A stretch of DNA of 64,000 nucleotides. Source: Haplodiscus bocki. Lineage: Eukaryota. The DNA lies in contig OZ296651.1 in the NCBI GenBank assembly GCA_965655095.1, positions 60,884,001-60,948,000 of the forward strand, given 5' to 3'. The notes under the pieces are model-generated. The model searched no databases and was not told the DNA's origin. It was given only the letters and a program-made list of their open reading frames with translations. Positions 36,401-50,400 of this stretch are shown here, piece after piece (within the stretch, counting starts at the first letter, position 1; every line of letters starts with the position of its first letter). The translations under genes were made by a program, and so were the position numbers.

Positions 36401-38434
36401 AACTCTAAATAGCGCTTTCTTATTGACAGTGGATGAATGCACTTCGGAAACAAAATCGACCACAGCTTTTATTCGACGAAATTAGTGAGGTTATACCAAT
36501 ACAATCGCTTAAGAGATCACTCCTTACCGTTTATTCACTTTTCAATCAGGCGCTAGTAGAGCAAGAAGTGAGCAAGCAAATGAATTGAACTTCCCGCCCA
36601 AATTGCACTACCATAATACACAAAAGCCAAAGAGCCGATGCGAGTTTAAAACAGATCCGAGAACTGTTTGACTATCCTATTCCATAACACTGGCTAGCCG
36701 TAAATGTAACAAACACGCAAAGCTGCACTTCACCTACAAATGCAACGAAGGTGAGAAGCAGCATCGACTACTTGCTCACTTGTAACGTTTTCATTATAGT
36801 AGACTTTATAAGCAAACGTTGACACTGAAAAGGAAAAAGCAAAATCAGAAGCGATTCGAACAAATGATCATCATGAATCAGGTTAAGCATTAGAAGGCAG
36901 CAATCCAATCAATTGTCTCCGATGAAAAGCTTGGAGAAGAGACTAGTCAAAAAGTTTTCAATATTAAAGCTACAAGTAGATAAACACTGCGCAAAAAGAG
37001 TGACACAGGAAACCACTGGTTTTCAGCAAAAAATTCGTATTGTGAGCATTAGAATGTGCATTGAATGTTCCGATCAACCCCAAAGTTTTCGATAACTATA
37101 TTTATGACGAAAGATACAAAAAAAAACATTTCAAAATAGAAAAAACAGCAAACTCAATTAGTGTATAAAGTATGAGACGCCCTAAACGAGAATGCTTACG
37201 AAATAGCACAATTTATGTACTATTGGTTTTCTAATGGGCACTAGAAGGCTGCAATCGCACCAGTATTCTTCAAACAACCGAGAATGTACGCGAAGAAAAA
37301 TTTTTCTACGCTCAAACTACAACCGAAGCAATTTCGCGTGCACCAAATGGAATGGCACACTCCCGCTTCTCTACGGTTTCACGATAGTGCTCGCCTTTGC
37401 ATGAGTATTGGTTGGCTGTAATTAAACCGTAAGCTATCTAGAAAACTTGAAAACGCATGAAAGTACGAAGTTCAAAATACAACACGAAACCTTTCTCGTG
37501 AAAAGTACAGAAAGGTCATTACGGATCGCAAATGTAACGCAGCCAAAAAGCTCTGCTTTGCAATAATTTTCAGAGAAGGTGCGAAAGATCATCGATTAAT
37601 TGCTCATTCAATCTAATGTTTCCGTTACATCACATTTTACGAACGAGCGTTTCCACTGAAAAAGAACAAAAAAAAACATAGGCCCCAAGGTGAAAAGCGC
37701 AAGGCTCGCGAAGGCATTCAACTTCTCAACTATATCGCTGACCAGATGCTTATACAATGCCACAGAACATGTAGCAAAATCTGGGGAGATTAGGCAGAAA
37801 ACAACCATGAGATAACAGCGTAGGTTTAAGGTAACTATCCTAACTTCAAACAAAAGTTGACAGAAAAAAATTCTGATCCCAAAAGTCAGCGGAAGCCAGA
37901 CGCTGTTTGGCAAACGGTGTCGCAGAGCAGCGAGGTTTCAAAAGTTGACAGCTGTGTGTTAAGTAAAGAACAACGAATCCGGAAACAAAATTTTCCCCAG
38001 AAAGCCGTGTTTTCTCGATAAAAAATTCTCAGAAAACTCGACTTAAAGGTTTTTGGCGCAACCCCGAGGTGAGATGGTCACTTAAGAGAGGCTGAAGGAT
38101 ATTAGTAGACACACGCTCGAGGCAACTTTCCAGGTGATGAGAGTCGTAGTAAATTATCGCCAAGGGCAAAAAAAATTTAAAAATTGTTCTACATCTAAAG
38201 AGTACCTTGGCCAGACCACCTATCCACGACCGAGCGTAACGAGAAAGCCTCTCAAATGCTTCTCCAGGTAACCCAGTGAGCATCACGGAGCACGGCGCAA
38301 TTTTATTGTTTGTGCAACCGCATAAAAAATTTTGGAAGAGTCGACAAAGGTTAAGGGTACATAGTGAATGACAATTTTCGGCAATTGAAACATGAGAAAA
38401 AAAACTCACAGTCTAAAATTGCATCAAAACTCAT
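36385..38434 (-). pseudogene. Intronless leucine-rich-repeat GPCR (LGR/GRL101-like) pseudogene; template of the 2-kb array
   Basis: Ordered relics: ATG at 38434 with a hydrophobic signal-like stretch; LRR N-cap CGCTNNKIAPCSVMLTGLPGEAFERL; LRR-like ALGDNLLRL, VVLYL/NTQLSTFETSLL, LYKHLVSDIVEKLNAFASL, IAKQSFLAALHLRSV; Cys-rich hinge; TM1 KLCYFVSILV*GVSYF; TM2 SVYLLVALI..ETIDWIAAF*C; TM3 FESLLILLF..CQRLLI; TM4 MLLLTFVAFVGEVQLCVFVTF; ECL2 SNSSRICFKL; TM5 LWLLCIMVV; then, outside the repeat, TM6-like AIVLV/ITSLISS/IKAVVDFV and TM7-like KALFRVFP. The span of about 2.05 kb fits a ~680-aa receptor. Numerous stops and frameshifts. Confidence 0.6.
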
Positions 38435-41400
38435 TGCTATCCACACTGCTGAAACGGTTCTTCCATTCAAGTGTTATTCAGCACTTTGAGGCATGCTGAC
38501 TGCGCTAAACTTAAGATTTTTCAGATAATGCAAAAAAATTACTTAAATATTCATTTTTTTTGTATCGGCCAAAAAAAATTTTTGTTTCTTCAAGAAGCTC
38601 AGAAAGCAAAGAAATTGAACTTCCCGCACCATTTGTACTACAGTATTACACAATAGCTAAACAGCCGATGCGAAATTAGAACAGATCCGAGAACTGTTTG
38701 ACTATGCTATTCCATAACACTGGCTAGCCGTAAATGTAACAAACACGCAAAGCTGCACTTCGCCTACAATTGCAACGAAGGTGAGAAGCAGCATCGACTA
38801 CTTGCTCACTTGTAACGTTTTCATTATAGTAGACTTTATAAGCAAACGTTGACACTGAAAAGGAAAAAGCAAAATCAGAAGCGATTCGAACAAATGATCA
38901 TCATGAATAAGGTTAAGCATTAGAAGGCAGCAATCCAATCAATTGTCTCCGTTAAAAAGCTTGGAGAAGAGACCAGTCAAAAACTTTCAAATATTAAAGC
39001 TACAAAAAAATAAACTCAGCGCAAAAGGCGTGATACAGGAAATCACTGGTTTCCAGCAAAAATTTCGTATTATGAGCATTAGCATGTGCATTGAATATTC
39101 CGATCGATCCCATACTTTTCGATAATTATATTTATGAAGAAAGATACACAAAAAAAACATTTCAAAACAGAAACAACAGCAAACTCAATTCGTGTAAAAA
39201 GTATGAGACGCCTTAAACGAGAATGCTTAATCTTTGGCACAATTTTTGTACTATTGGTTTTCTAATGGCCACTAGAAGGCTGCAATCGAACCAGTAGTCT
39301 TCAAGAAACTGAGAATGTACGCGAAGAAAAATTTTTCGACGCTCAAACTACAACCGTAGCAATTTCGCGTGGATCAAATGGAATGGCACACCCCTGCTTC
39401 TCTACGGTTTCACGATAGTGCTCGCTTTTGCATTAGTAATGGTTGGCTGTAAATAAACCGTAAGCTATCTAGAAAACTTGGAAAAAACGCATGAAAGTAC
39501 GAAGTTCAAAATACAACACGAAACCTTTCTCGTGAAAAGTACAGAAAGGTCATTACGGATCGCAAATGTAACGCAGCCAAAAAGCTCTGCTTTGCAATAA
39601 TTTTCAGAGAAGGTCCGAAAGATCATCGATTAACTGCTCATTCAATCTAATGTTTCCGTTACATCACATTTTACGAACGAGCGTTTCCACTGAAAAAGAA
39701 CAAAAAAAAACATAGGCCCCAAAGTGAAAAGCGCAAGGCTCGCGAAGGTACTCAACATCTCAACTACATCGCTGACCAGATGCTTATACAATGCCACAGA
39801 ACATGTAGCGAAATCTGGGGAGATTAGGCAGAAAACAACCATGAGATAACAGCGTAGGTTTAAGGTAACTATCCTAACTTCAAACAAAAGTTGACAGAAA
39901 AAAATTCTGATCCCAAAAGTCAGCGGAAGCCAGACGCTGTTTGGCAAACGGTGTCTCAGAGCAGCGAGGTTTCAAAATTTGACAGCTGTGTGTTAAGTAA
40001 AGAACAACGAATCCAGAAACAAATTTGTCCCGAGAAAGCCGTGTTTTCTCGATAAAAAAATTCTCAGAAAACTCGACTTAAAGGTTTTTGGCGCAACCCC
40101 GAGGTGAGATGGTCACTTAAGAGAGGCTGAAGGATATTAGTAGACACACGCTCGAGGCAACTTTCCAGGTGATGAGAGTCGTAGTAAATTATCGCCAAGG
40201 GCAAAAAAATTTTTGAAAATTGTTCTACATCTAAAGAGTAACTTGGCCAGACCACCTATCTACGACCGAGCGTAACGAGAAAGCCTCTAAAATGCTTCTC
40301 CAGGTAACCCAGTGAGCATCACGGAGCCCAGCTCAATTTTATTGTTTGTGCAACCGGATAAAAAAAATTTGGAAGAGTCAACAAAGGTTAAGGGTACATA
40401 GTGAATGACAATTTTCGGCAATTAAAACATGAGAAAAAAACTCACAGTCTAAAATTGCATCAAAACTCATTGCTATCCACACTGCTGAAACGGTTCTTCC
40501 ATTCAAGTGTTATTCAGCACTTTGAGGCATGCTGACTGCGCTAAACTTAAGATTTTTCAGATAATGCAAAAAATTACTTAAAAATTCATTTTTTTGTATC
40601 GGCCAAAAAAATTTTTGTTCTTCAAGAAGCTCAGAAAGCAAAGAAATTGAACTTCCCGCACCATTTGTACTACAGTATTACACAATAGCTAAACAGCCGA
40701 TGCGAAATTAGAACAGATCCTAAAACTGTTTGACTATCCTCTTAAATAACACTGGCTAGCCGTAAATGTAACAAAGACGCAGAGCTGCACTTCGCCTACA
40801 ATTGCAACGAAGGTGAGAAGCAGCATCGACTACTTGGTCACTTGTAACGTTTTCATTACAGAAGACTTTATAAGCAAACGTTGCCACTGAAAAAGAAAAA
40901 GCAAAATCAGAAGCGATTCGAAAGAAAGGATAATCATGAATCAGGTTAAGCATTAGAAGGCAGCAATCCAATCAATTGTCTCCGTTAAAAAGCTTGGAGA
41001 AGAGACCAGTCAAAAACTTTTAAATATTAAAGCTACAAAAAAATAAACTCTGCGCAAAAGGCGTAATACAGGAAATCACTGTTTCCAGCAAAAATTTCGT
41101 ATTATGAGCATTAGCATGTGCATTGAATATTCCGATCGATCCCATAGTTTTCGATAATTATATTTATGAAGAAAGATACACAAAAAAAACATTTCAAAAC
41201 AGAAACAACAGCAAACTCAATTCGTGTAAAAAGTATGAGACGCCTTAAACGAGAATGCTTACTCTTTGGCACAATTTTTGTACTATTGGTTTTCTAATGG
41301 CCACTAGAAGGCTGCAATCGAACCAGTAGTCTTCAAGAAACTGAGAATGTACGCGAAGAAAAATTTTTCGACGCTCAAACTACAACCGAAGCAATTTCGC

Positions 41401-44400
41401 GTGCACCAAATGGAATGGCACACTCCCGCTTCTCTACGGTTTCACGATAGTGCTCGCTTTTGCATTAGTATTGGTTGGCTGTAAATAAACCGTAAGCTAT
41501 CTAGAAAACTTGGAAAAAACGCATGAAAGTACGAAGTTCAAAATACAACACGAAACCTTTCTCGTGAAAAGTACAGAAAGGTCATTACGGATCGCAAATG
41601 TAACGCAGCCAAAAAGCTCTGCTTTGCAATAATTTTCAGAGAAGGTCCGAAAGATCATCGATTAACTGCTCATTCAATCTAATGTTTCCGTTACATCACA
41701 TTTTACGAACGAGCGTTTCCACTGAAAAAGATCAAAAAAAACATAGGCCCCAAAGTGAAAAGCGCAAGGCTCGCGAAGGTACTCAACATCTCAACTACAT
41801 CGCTGACCAGATGCTTATACAATGCCACAGAACATGTAGCAAAATCTGGGAAGATTAGGCAGAAAACAACCATGAGATAACAGGGGAGGTTTAAGGTAAC
41901 TATCCTAACTTCAAACAAAAGTTAACAGAAAAAAATTCTGATCCCAAAAGGCAGCGGAAGCCAGCCGCTGTTTGGCAAACGGTGTCTCAGAGCAGCGAGG
42001 TTTCAAAAGTTGACAACTGTGTGTTAAGTAAAAAACAACGAATCCGGAAACAAAATTTTCCCCAGAAAGCCGTGTTTTCTCGGTAAAAATTCTCAGAAAA
42101 CTCGAATAAAAGATTTTTGGCGCAACCCGAGGTGATATGGACACTTAAGAGAGGCTGAAGGATATTAGTAGACACACGCTCGAGGCAACTTTCCAGGTGA
42201 TGAGAGTCGTAGTAAATTATCGCCAAGGGCAAAAAAATTTTTGAAAATTGTTCTACATCTAAAGAGTAACTTGGCCAGACCACCTATCTACGACCGAGCG
42301 TAACGAGAAAGCCTCTAAAATGCTTCTCCAGGTAACCCAGTGAGCATCACGGAGCCCAGCTCAATTTTATTGTTTGTGCAACCGGATAAAAAAAATTTGG
42401 AAGAGTCAACAAAGGTTAAGGGTACATAGTGAATGACAATTTTCGGCAATTAAAACATGAGAAAAAAACTCACAGTCTAAAATTGCATCAAAACTCATTG
42501 CTATCCACACTGCTGAAACGGTTCTTCCATTCAAGTGTTATTCAGCACTTTGAGGCATGCTGACTGCGCTAAACTTAAGATTTTTCAGATAATGCAAAAA
42601 ATTACTTAAAAATTCATTTTTTTGTATCGGCCAAAAAAAATTTTGTTCTTCAAGAAGCTCAGAAAGCAAAGAAATTGAACTTCCCGCACCATTTGTACTA
42701 CAGTATTACACAATAGCTAAACAGCCGATGCGAAATTAGAACAGATCCTAAAACTGTTTGACTATCCTCTTAAATAACACTGGCTAGCCGTAAATGTAAC
42801 AAAGACGCAGAGCTGCACTTCGCCTACAATTGCAACGAAGGTGAGAAGCAGCATCGACTACTTGGTCACTTGTAACGTTTTCATTACAGAAGACTTTATA
42901 AGCAAACGTTGCCACTGAAAAAGAAAAAGCAAAATCAGAAACGATTCGAAAGAAAGGATAATCATGAATCAGGTTAAGCATTAGAAGGCAGCAATCCAAT
43001 CAATTGTCTCCGTTAAAAAGCTTGGAGAAGAGACCAGTCAAAAACTTTTAAATATTAAAGCTACAAAAAAATAAACTCTGCGCAAAAGGCGTGATACAGG
43101 AAATCACTGTTTCCAGCAAAAATTTCGTATTATGAGCATTAGCATGTGCATTGAATATTCCGATCGATCCCATAGTTTTCGATAATTATATTTATGAAGA
43201 AAGATACACAAAAAAAAACATTTCAAAACAGAAACAACAGCAAACTCAATTCGTGTAAAAAGTATGAGACGCCTTAAACGAGAATGCTTACTCTTTGGCA
43301 CAATTTTTGTACTATTGGTTTTCTAATGGCCACTAGAAGGCTGCAATCGAACCAGTAGTCTTCAAGAAACTGAGAATGTACGCGAAGAAAAATTTTTCGA
43401 CGCTCAAACTACAACCGAAGCAATTTCGCGTGCACCAAATGGAATGGCACACTCCCGCTTCTCTACGGTTTCACGATAGTGCTCGCTTTTGCATTAGTAT
43501 TGGTTGGCTGTAAATAAACCGTAAGCTATCTAGAAAACTTGGAAAAAACGCATGAAAGTACGAAGTTCAAAATACAACACGAAACCTTTCTCGTGAAAAG
43601 TACAGAAAGGTCATTACGGATCGCAAATGTAACGCAGCCAAAAAGCTCTGCTTTGCAATAATTTTCAGAGAAGGTCCGAAAGATCATCGATTAACTGCTC
43701 ATTCATCCTAATGTTTCCGTTACATCACATTTTACGAACGAGCGTTTCCACTGAAAAAGAACAAAAAAAACATAGGCCCCAAGGTGAAAAGCGCAAGGCT
43801 CGCGAAGGCATTCAACTTCTCAACTACATCGCTGACCAGATGCTTATACAATGCCACAGAACATGTAGCAAAATCTGGGGAGATTAGGCAGAAAACAACC
43901 ATGAGATAACAGGGGAGGTTTAAGGTAACTATCCTAACTTCAAACAAAAGTTAACAGAAAAAAATTCTGATCCCAAAAGGCAGCGGAAGCCAGCCGCTGT
44001 TTGGCAAACGGTGTCTCAGAGCAGCCAGGTTTCAAAAGTTGACAACTGTGTGTTAAGTAAAGAACAACGAATCCGGAAACAAAATTTTCCCCAGAAAGCC
44101 GTGTTTTCTCGATAAAAATTCTCAGAAAACTCGAATAAAAGATTTTTGGCGCAACCCGAGGTGATATGGACACTTAAGAGAGGCTGAAGGATATTAGTAG
44201 ACACACGCTCGAGGCAACTTTCCAGGTGATGAGAGTCGTAGTAAATTATCGCCAAGGGCAAAAAAAAATTTAAAAATTGTTCTACATCTAAAGAGTACCT
44301 TGGCCAGACCACCTATCTACGACCGAGCGTAACGAGAAAGCCTCTCAAATGCTTCTCCAGGTAACCCAGTGAGCATCACGGGGCCCGGTTCAATTTTATT

Positions 44401-47400
44401 GTTTGTGCAACCGCATAAACAAACTTTGGAAGAGTCGACAAAGGTTAAGGTACATAGTGAATGACAATTTTCGGCAACTAAAACATGAGAAAAAAAACTC
44501 ACAGTCTAAAATTGCATCAAAACTCATTGCTATCCACACTGCTGAAACGGTTCTTCCATTCAAGTGTTATTCAGCACTTTGAGGCACGCTGACTGCGCTA
44601 AACTTAAGATTTTTCAGATAATGCAAAAAATTACTTAAAAATTCATTTTTCTCTATCGGCCAAAAAAATTTTTGTTTCTTCAAGAAGCTCAGGAAGCAAA
44701 GAAATTGAACTTCCCGCACCATTTGTACTATAGTATTACACAATAGCTAAACAGCCGATGCGAAACTAGAACAGATCCTAGAACTGTTTGACTATCCTCT
44801 TAAATAACACTGGCTAGCCGTAAATGTAACAAAGACGCAGAGCTGCACTTCGCCTACAATTGCAACGAAGGTGAGAAGCAGCATCGACTACTTGCTCACT
44901 TGTAACGTTTTCATTACAGAAGACTTTATAAGCAAACGTTGCCACTCAAAAGGAAAAAGCAAAATCAGAAGCGATTCGAAAGAAATGATCATCATGAATC
45001 AGGTTAAGCATTAGAAGGCAGCAATCCAATCAATTGTCTCCGTTAAAAAGCTTGGAGAAGAGACCAGTCAAAAACTTTCAAATATTAAAGCTACAAAAAA
45101 ATAAACTCTGTGCAAAAGGCGTGATACAGGAAATCACTGGTTTCCAGCAAAAATTTCGTATTATGAGCATTAGCATGTGCATTGTATATTCCGATCGATC
45201 CCATAGTTTTCGATAATTATATTTATGAAGAAAGATACACAAAAAAACATTTCAAAACAGAAACAACAGCAAACTCAATTCGTGTAAAAAGTATGAGACG
45301 CCTTAAACGAGAATGCTTATTCTTTGGCACAATTTTTGTACTATTGGTTTTCTAATGGCCACTAGAAGGCTGCAATCGAACCAGTATTCTTCAAAAAACT
45401 GAGAATGTACGCGAAGAAAAATTTTTCGACGCTCAAACTACAACCGAAGCAATTTCGCGAGCACCAAATGGAATGGCACACTCCCGCTTCTCTACGGTTT
45501 CACGATAGTGCTCGCTTTTGCATGAGTATTGGTTCGCTGTAATTAAACCGTAAGCTATCTAGAAAACTTGGAAAAAACGCATGAAAGTACGAAGTTCAAA
45601 ATACAACACGAAACCTTTCTCGTGAAAAGTACAGAAAGGTCATTACGGATCGCAAATGTAACGCAGCCAAAAAGCTCTGCTTAGCAATAATTTTCAGAGA
45701 AGGTGCGAAAGATCATCGATTAATTGCTCATTCAATCTAATGTTTCCGTTACATCACATTTTACGAACGAGCGTTTCCACTGAAAAAGAACAAAAAAAAC
45801 ATAGGCCCCAAGGTGAAAAGCGCAAGGTTCGCGAAGGTACTCAACATCTCAACTACATCGCTGACCAGATGCTTATACAATGCCACAGAACATGTAGCGA
45901 AATCTGAGGAGATTAGGCAGAAAACAACCATGAGATAACAGCGTAGGTTTAAGGTTACTAACCTAACTTCAAACAAAAGTTGACAGAAAAAAATTCTTAT
46001 CCCAAAAGTCAGCGGAAACCAGCCGCTGTTTGGCAATCGGTCTCTCAGAGCAGCGAGGTTTCAAAAATGACAACTGTGTGTTAAGTAAAGAACAACGAAT
46101 CCGGAAACAAAATTTTCCCCAGAGAGCCGTGTTTTCTCGATAAAAATTCTCAGAAAACTCGACTAAAAGATTTTTGGCTCAACCCGAGGTGATATGGACA
46201 CTTAAGGGAGGCTGAGGCATATCAGTAGACACACGCTCGAGGCAACTTTCCAGTTGATGAGAGTCGTAGTAAATTATCGCCAAGGGCAAAAAAATTTTTG
46301 AAAATTGTTCTACATCTAAAGAGTAACTTGGCCAGACCACCTATCTACGACCGAGCGTAACGAGAAAGCCTCTAAAATGCTTCTCCAGGTAACCCAGTGA
46401 GCATCACGGAGCCCAGCTCAATTTTATTGTTTGTGCAACCGGATAAAAAAATTTGGAAGAGTCAACAAAGGTTAAGGGTACATAGTGAATGACAATTTTC
46501 GGCAATTAAAACATGAGAAAAAAACTCACAGTCTAAAATTGCATCAAAACTCATTGCTATCCACACTGCTGAAACGGTTCTTCCATTCAAGTGTTATTCA
46601 GCACTTTGAGGCATGCTGACTGCGCTAAACTTAAGATTTTTCAGATAATGCAAAAAATTACTTAAAAATTCATTTTTTTGTATCGGCCAAAAAAATTTTT
46701 GTTCTTCAAGAAGCTCAGAAAGCAAAGAAATTGAACTTCCCGCACCATTTGTACTACAGTATTACACAATAGCTAAACAGCCGATGCGAAATTAGAACAG
46801 ATCCTAAAACTGTTTGACTATCCTCTTAAATAACACTGGCTAGCCGTAAATGTAACAAAGACGCAGAGCTGCACTTCGCCTACAATTGCAACGAAGGTGA
46901 GAAGCAGCATCGACTACTTGGTCACTTGTAACGTTTTCATTACAGAAGACTTTATAAGCAAACGTTGCCACTGAAAAAGAAAAAGCAAAATCAGAAGCGA
47001 TTCGAAAGAAAGGATAATCATGAATCAGGTTAAGCATTAGAAGGCAGCAATCAAATCAATTGTCTCCGTTAAAAAGCTTGGAGAAGAGACCAGTCAAAAA
47101 CTTTTAAATATTAAAGCTACAAAAAAATAAACTCTGCGCAAAAGGCGTGATACAGGAAATCACTGTTTCCAGCAAAAATTTCGTATTATGAGCATTAGCA
47201 TGTGCATTGAATATTCCGATCGATCCCATAGTTTTCGATAATTATATTTATGAAGAAACATACACAAAAAAAAAAACATTTCAAAACAGAAACAACAGCA
47301 AACTCAATTCGTGTAAAAAGTATGAGACGCCTTAAACGAGAATGCTTACTCTTTGGCACAATTTTTGTACTATTGGTTTTCTAATGGCCACTAGAAGGCT

Positions 47401-50400
47401 GCAATCGAACCAGTAGTCTTCAAGAAACTGAGAATGTACGCGAAGAAAAATTTTTCGACGCTCAAACTACAACCGAAGCAATTTCGCGTGCACCAAATGG
47501 AATGGCACACTCCCGCTTCCCTACGGTTTCACGATAGTGCTCGCTTTTGCATTAGTATTGGTTGGCTGTAAATAAACCGTAAGCTATCTAGAAAACTTGG
47601 AAAAAACGCATGAAAGTACGAAGTTCAAAATACAACACGAAACCTTTCTCGTGAAAAGTACAGAAAGGTCATTACGGATCGCAAATGTAACGCAGCCAAA
47701 AAGCTCTGCTTTGCAATAATTTTCAGAGAAGGTCCGAAAGATCATCGATTAACTGCTCATTCATCCTAATGTTTCCGTTACATCACATTTTACGAACGAG
47801 CGTTTCCACTGAAAAAGAACAAAAAAAACATAGGCCCCAAGGTGAAAAGCGCAAGGCTCGCGAAGGCATTCAACTTCTCAACTACATCGCTGACCAGATG
47901 CTTATACAATGCCACAGAACATGTAGCAAAATCTGGGGAGATTAGGCAGAAAACAACCATGAGATAACAGGGGAGGTTTAAGGTAACTATCCTAACTTCA
48001 AACAAAAGTTAACAGAAAAAAATTCTGATCCCAAAAGGCAGCGGAAGCCAGCCGCTGTTTGGCAAACGGTGTCTCAGAGCAGCCAGGTTTCAAAAGTTGA
48101 CAACTGTGTGTTAAGTAAAGAACAACGAATCCGGAAACAAAATTTTCCCCAGAAAGCCGTGTTTTCTCGATAAAAATTCTCAGAAAACTCGAATAAAAGA
48201 TTTTTGGCGCAACCCGAGGTGATATGGACACTTAAGAGAGGCTGAAGGATATTAGACACACGCTCGAGGCAACTTTCCAGGTGATGAGAGTCGTAGTAAA
48301 TTATCGCCAAGGGCAAAAAAAAATTTTAAAAATTGTTCTACATCTAAAGAGTACCTTGGCCAGACCACCTATCTACGACCGAGCGTAACGAGAAAGCCTC
48401 TCAAATGCTTCTCCAGGTAACCCAGTGAGCATCACGGGGCCCGGTTCAATTTTATTGTTTGTGCAACCGCATAAACAAATTTTGGAAGAGTCGACAAAGG
48501 TTAAGGTACATAGTGAATGACAATTTTCGGCAATTAAAACATGAGAAAAAAAACTCACAGTCTAAAATTGCATCAAAACTCATTGCTATCCACACTGCTG
48601 AAACGGTTCTTCCATTCAAGTGTTATTCAGCACTTTGAGGCACGCTGACTGCGCTAAACTTAAGATTTTTCAGATAATGCAAAAAATTAATTAAAAATTC
48701 ATTTTTCTCTATCGGCCAAAAAAATTTTTGTTTCTTCAAGAAGCTCAGGAAGCAAAGAAATTGAACTTCCCGCACCATTTGTACTATAGTATTACACAAT
48801 AGCTAAACAGCCGATGCGAAACTAGAACAGATCCTAGAACTGTTTGACTATCCTCTTAAATAACACTGGCTAGCCGTAAATGTAACAAAGACGCAGAGCT
48901 GCACTTCGCCTACAATTGCAACGAAGGTGAGAAGCAGCATCGACTACTTGCTCACTTGTAACGTTTTCATTACAGAAGACTTTATAAGCAAACGTTGCCA
49001 CTCAAAAGGAAAAAGCAAAATCAGAAGCGATTCGAAAGAAATGATCATCATGAATCAGGTTAAGCATTAGAAGGCAGCAATCCAATCAATTGTCTCCGTT
49101 AAAAAGCTTGGAGAAGAGACCAGGCAAAAACTTTCAAATATTAAAGCTACAAAAAAATAAACTCTGCGCAAAAGGCGTGATACAGGAAATCACTGGTTTC
49201 CAGCAAAAATTTCGTATTATGAGCATTAGCATGTGCATTGTATATTCCGATCGATCCCATAGTTTTCGATAATTATATTTATGAAGAAAGATACACAAAA
49301 AAACATTTCAAAACAGAAACAACAGCAAACTCAATTCGTGTAAAAAGTATGAGACGCCTTAAACGAGAATGCTTATTCTTTGGCACAATTTTTGTACTAT
49401 TGGTTTTCTAATGGCCACTAGAAGGCTGCAATCGAACCAGTATTCTTCAAAAAACTGAGAATGTACGCGAAGAAAAATTTTTCGACGCTCAAACTACAAC
49501 CGAAGCAATTTCGCGAGCACCAAATGGAATGGCACACTCCCGCTTCTCTACGGTTTCACGATAGTGCTCGCTTTTGCATGAGTATTGGTTCGCTGTAATT
49601 AAACCGTAAGCTATCTAGAAAACTTGGAAAAAACGCATGAAAGTACGAAGTTCAAAATACAACACGAAACCTTTCTCGTGAAAAGTACAGAAAGGTCATT
49701 ACGGATCGCAAATGTAACGCAGCCAAAAAGCTCTGCTTAGCAATAATTTTCAGAGAAGGTGCGAAAGATCATCGATTATTTGCTCATTCAATCTAATGTT
49801 TCCGTTACATCACATTTTACGAACGAGCGTTTCCACTGAAAAAGAACAAAAAAAACATAGGCCCCAAGGTGAAAAGCGCAAGGTTCGCGAAGGTACTCAA
49901 CATCTCAACTACATCGCTGACCAGATGCTTATACAATGCCACAGAACATGTAGCGAAATCTGAGGAGATTAGGCAGAAAACAACCATGAGATAACAGCGT
50001 AGGTTTAAGGTTACTAACCTAACTTCAAACAAAAGTTGACAGAAAAAAATTCTTATCGCAAAAGTCAGCGGAAACCAGCCGCTGTTTGGCAATCGGTCTC
50101 TCAGAGCAGCGAGGTTTCAAAAATGACAACTGTGTGTTAAGTAAAGAACAACGAATCCGGAAACAAAATTTTCCCCAGAGAGCCGTGTTTTCTCGATAAA
50201 AATTCTCAGAAAACTCGACTAAAAGATTTTTGGCTCAACCCGAGGTGATATGGACACTTAAGGGAGGCTGAGGGATATCAGTAGACACACGCTCGAGGCA
50301 ATTTTCAAGGTGATGAGAGTCTTAGTAAATTATCGCCAAGAGCAAAAAAATTGAAAAAAATTGTTCTACATCTAAAGAGTACCTTGGCCAGACCACCTAT

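Noticed and set aside
48371-48475. 5S rRNA-like words (TCTACGACC ... GGGCCCGGTT ... ACCGC) at roughly 5S spacing
   Set aside because: The intervening sequence does not match 5S. There is no box C (GGATGGG) and no terminal helix, and GGGCCCGGTT is present in only some units. Treated as chance similarity.
48385-48495. Spliced-leader-RNA-like layout in the array unit: CAG|GTAAC donor, a 10-bp hairpin (ttgtttgtgc-aacc-gcataaacaa) and an Sm-like AATTTTGGA
   Set aside because: The hairpin and Sm-like site are intact in only one subtype and are broken without compensation in the others. This is among the most variable parts of the monomer, the opposite of a functional SL RNA array, and there is no convincing third stem. 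An Rfam search or a search of mRNA 5' ends would settle it.
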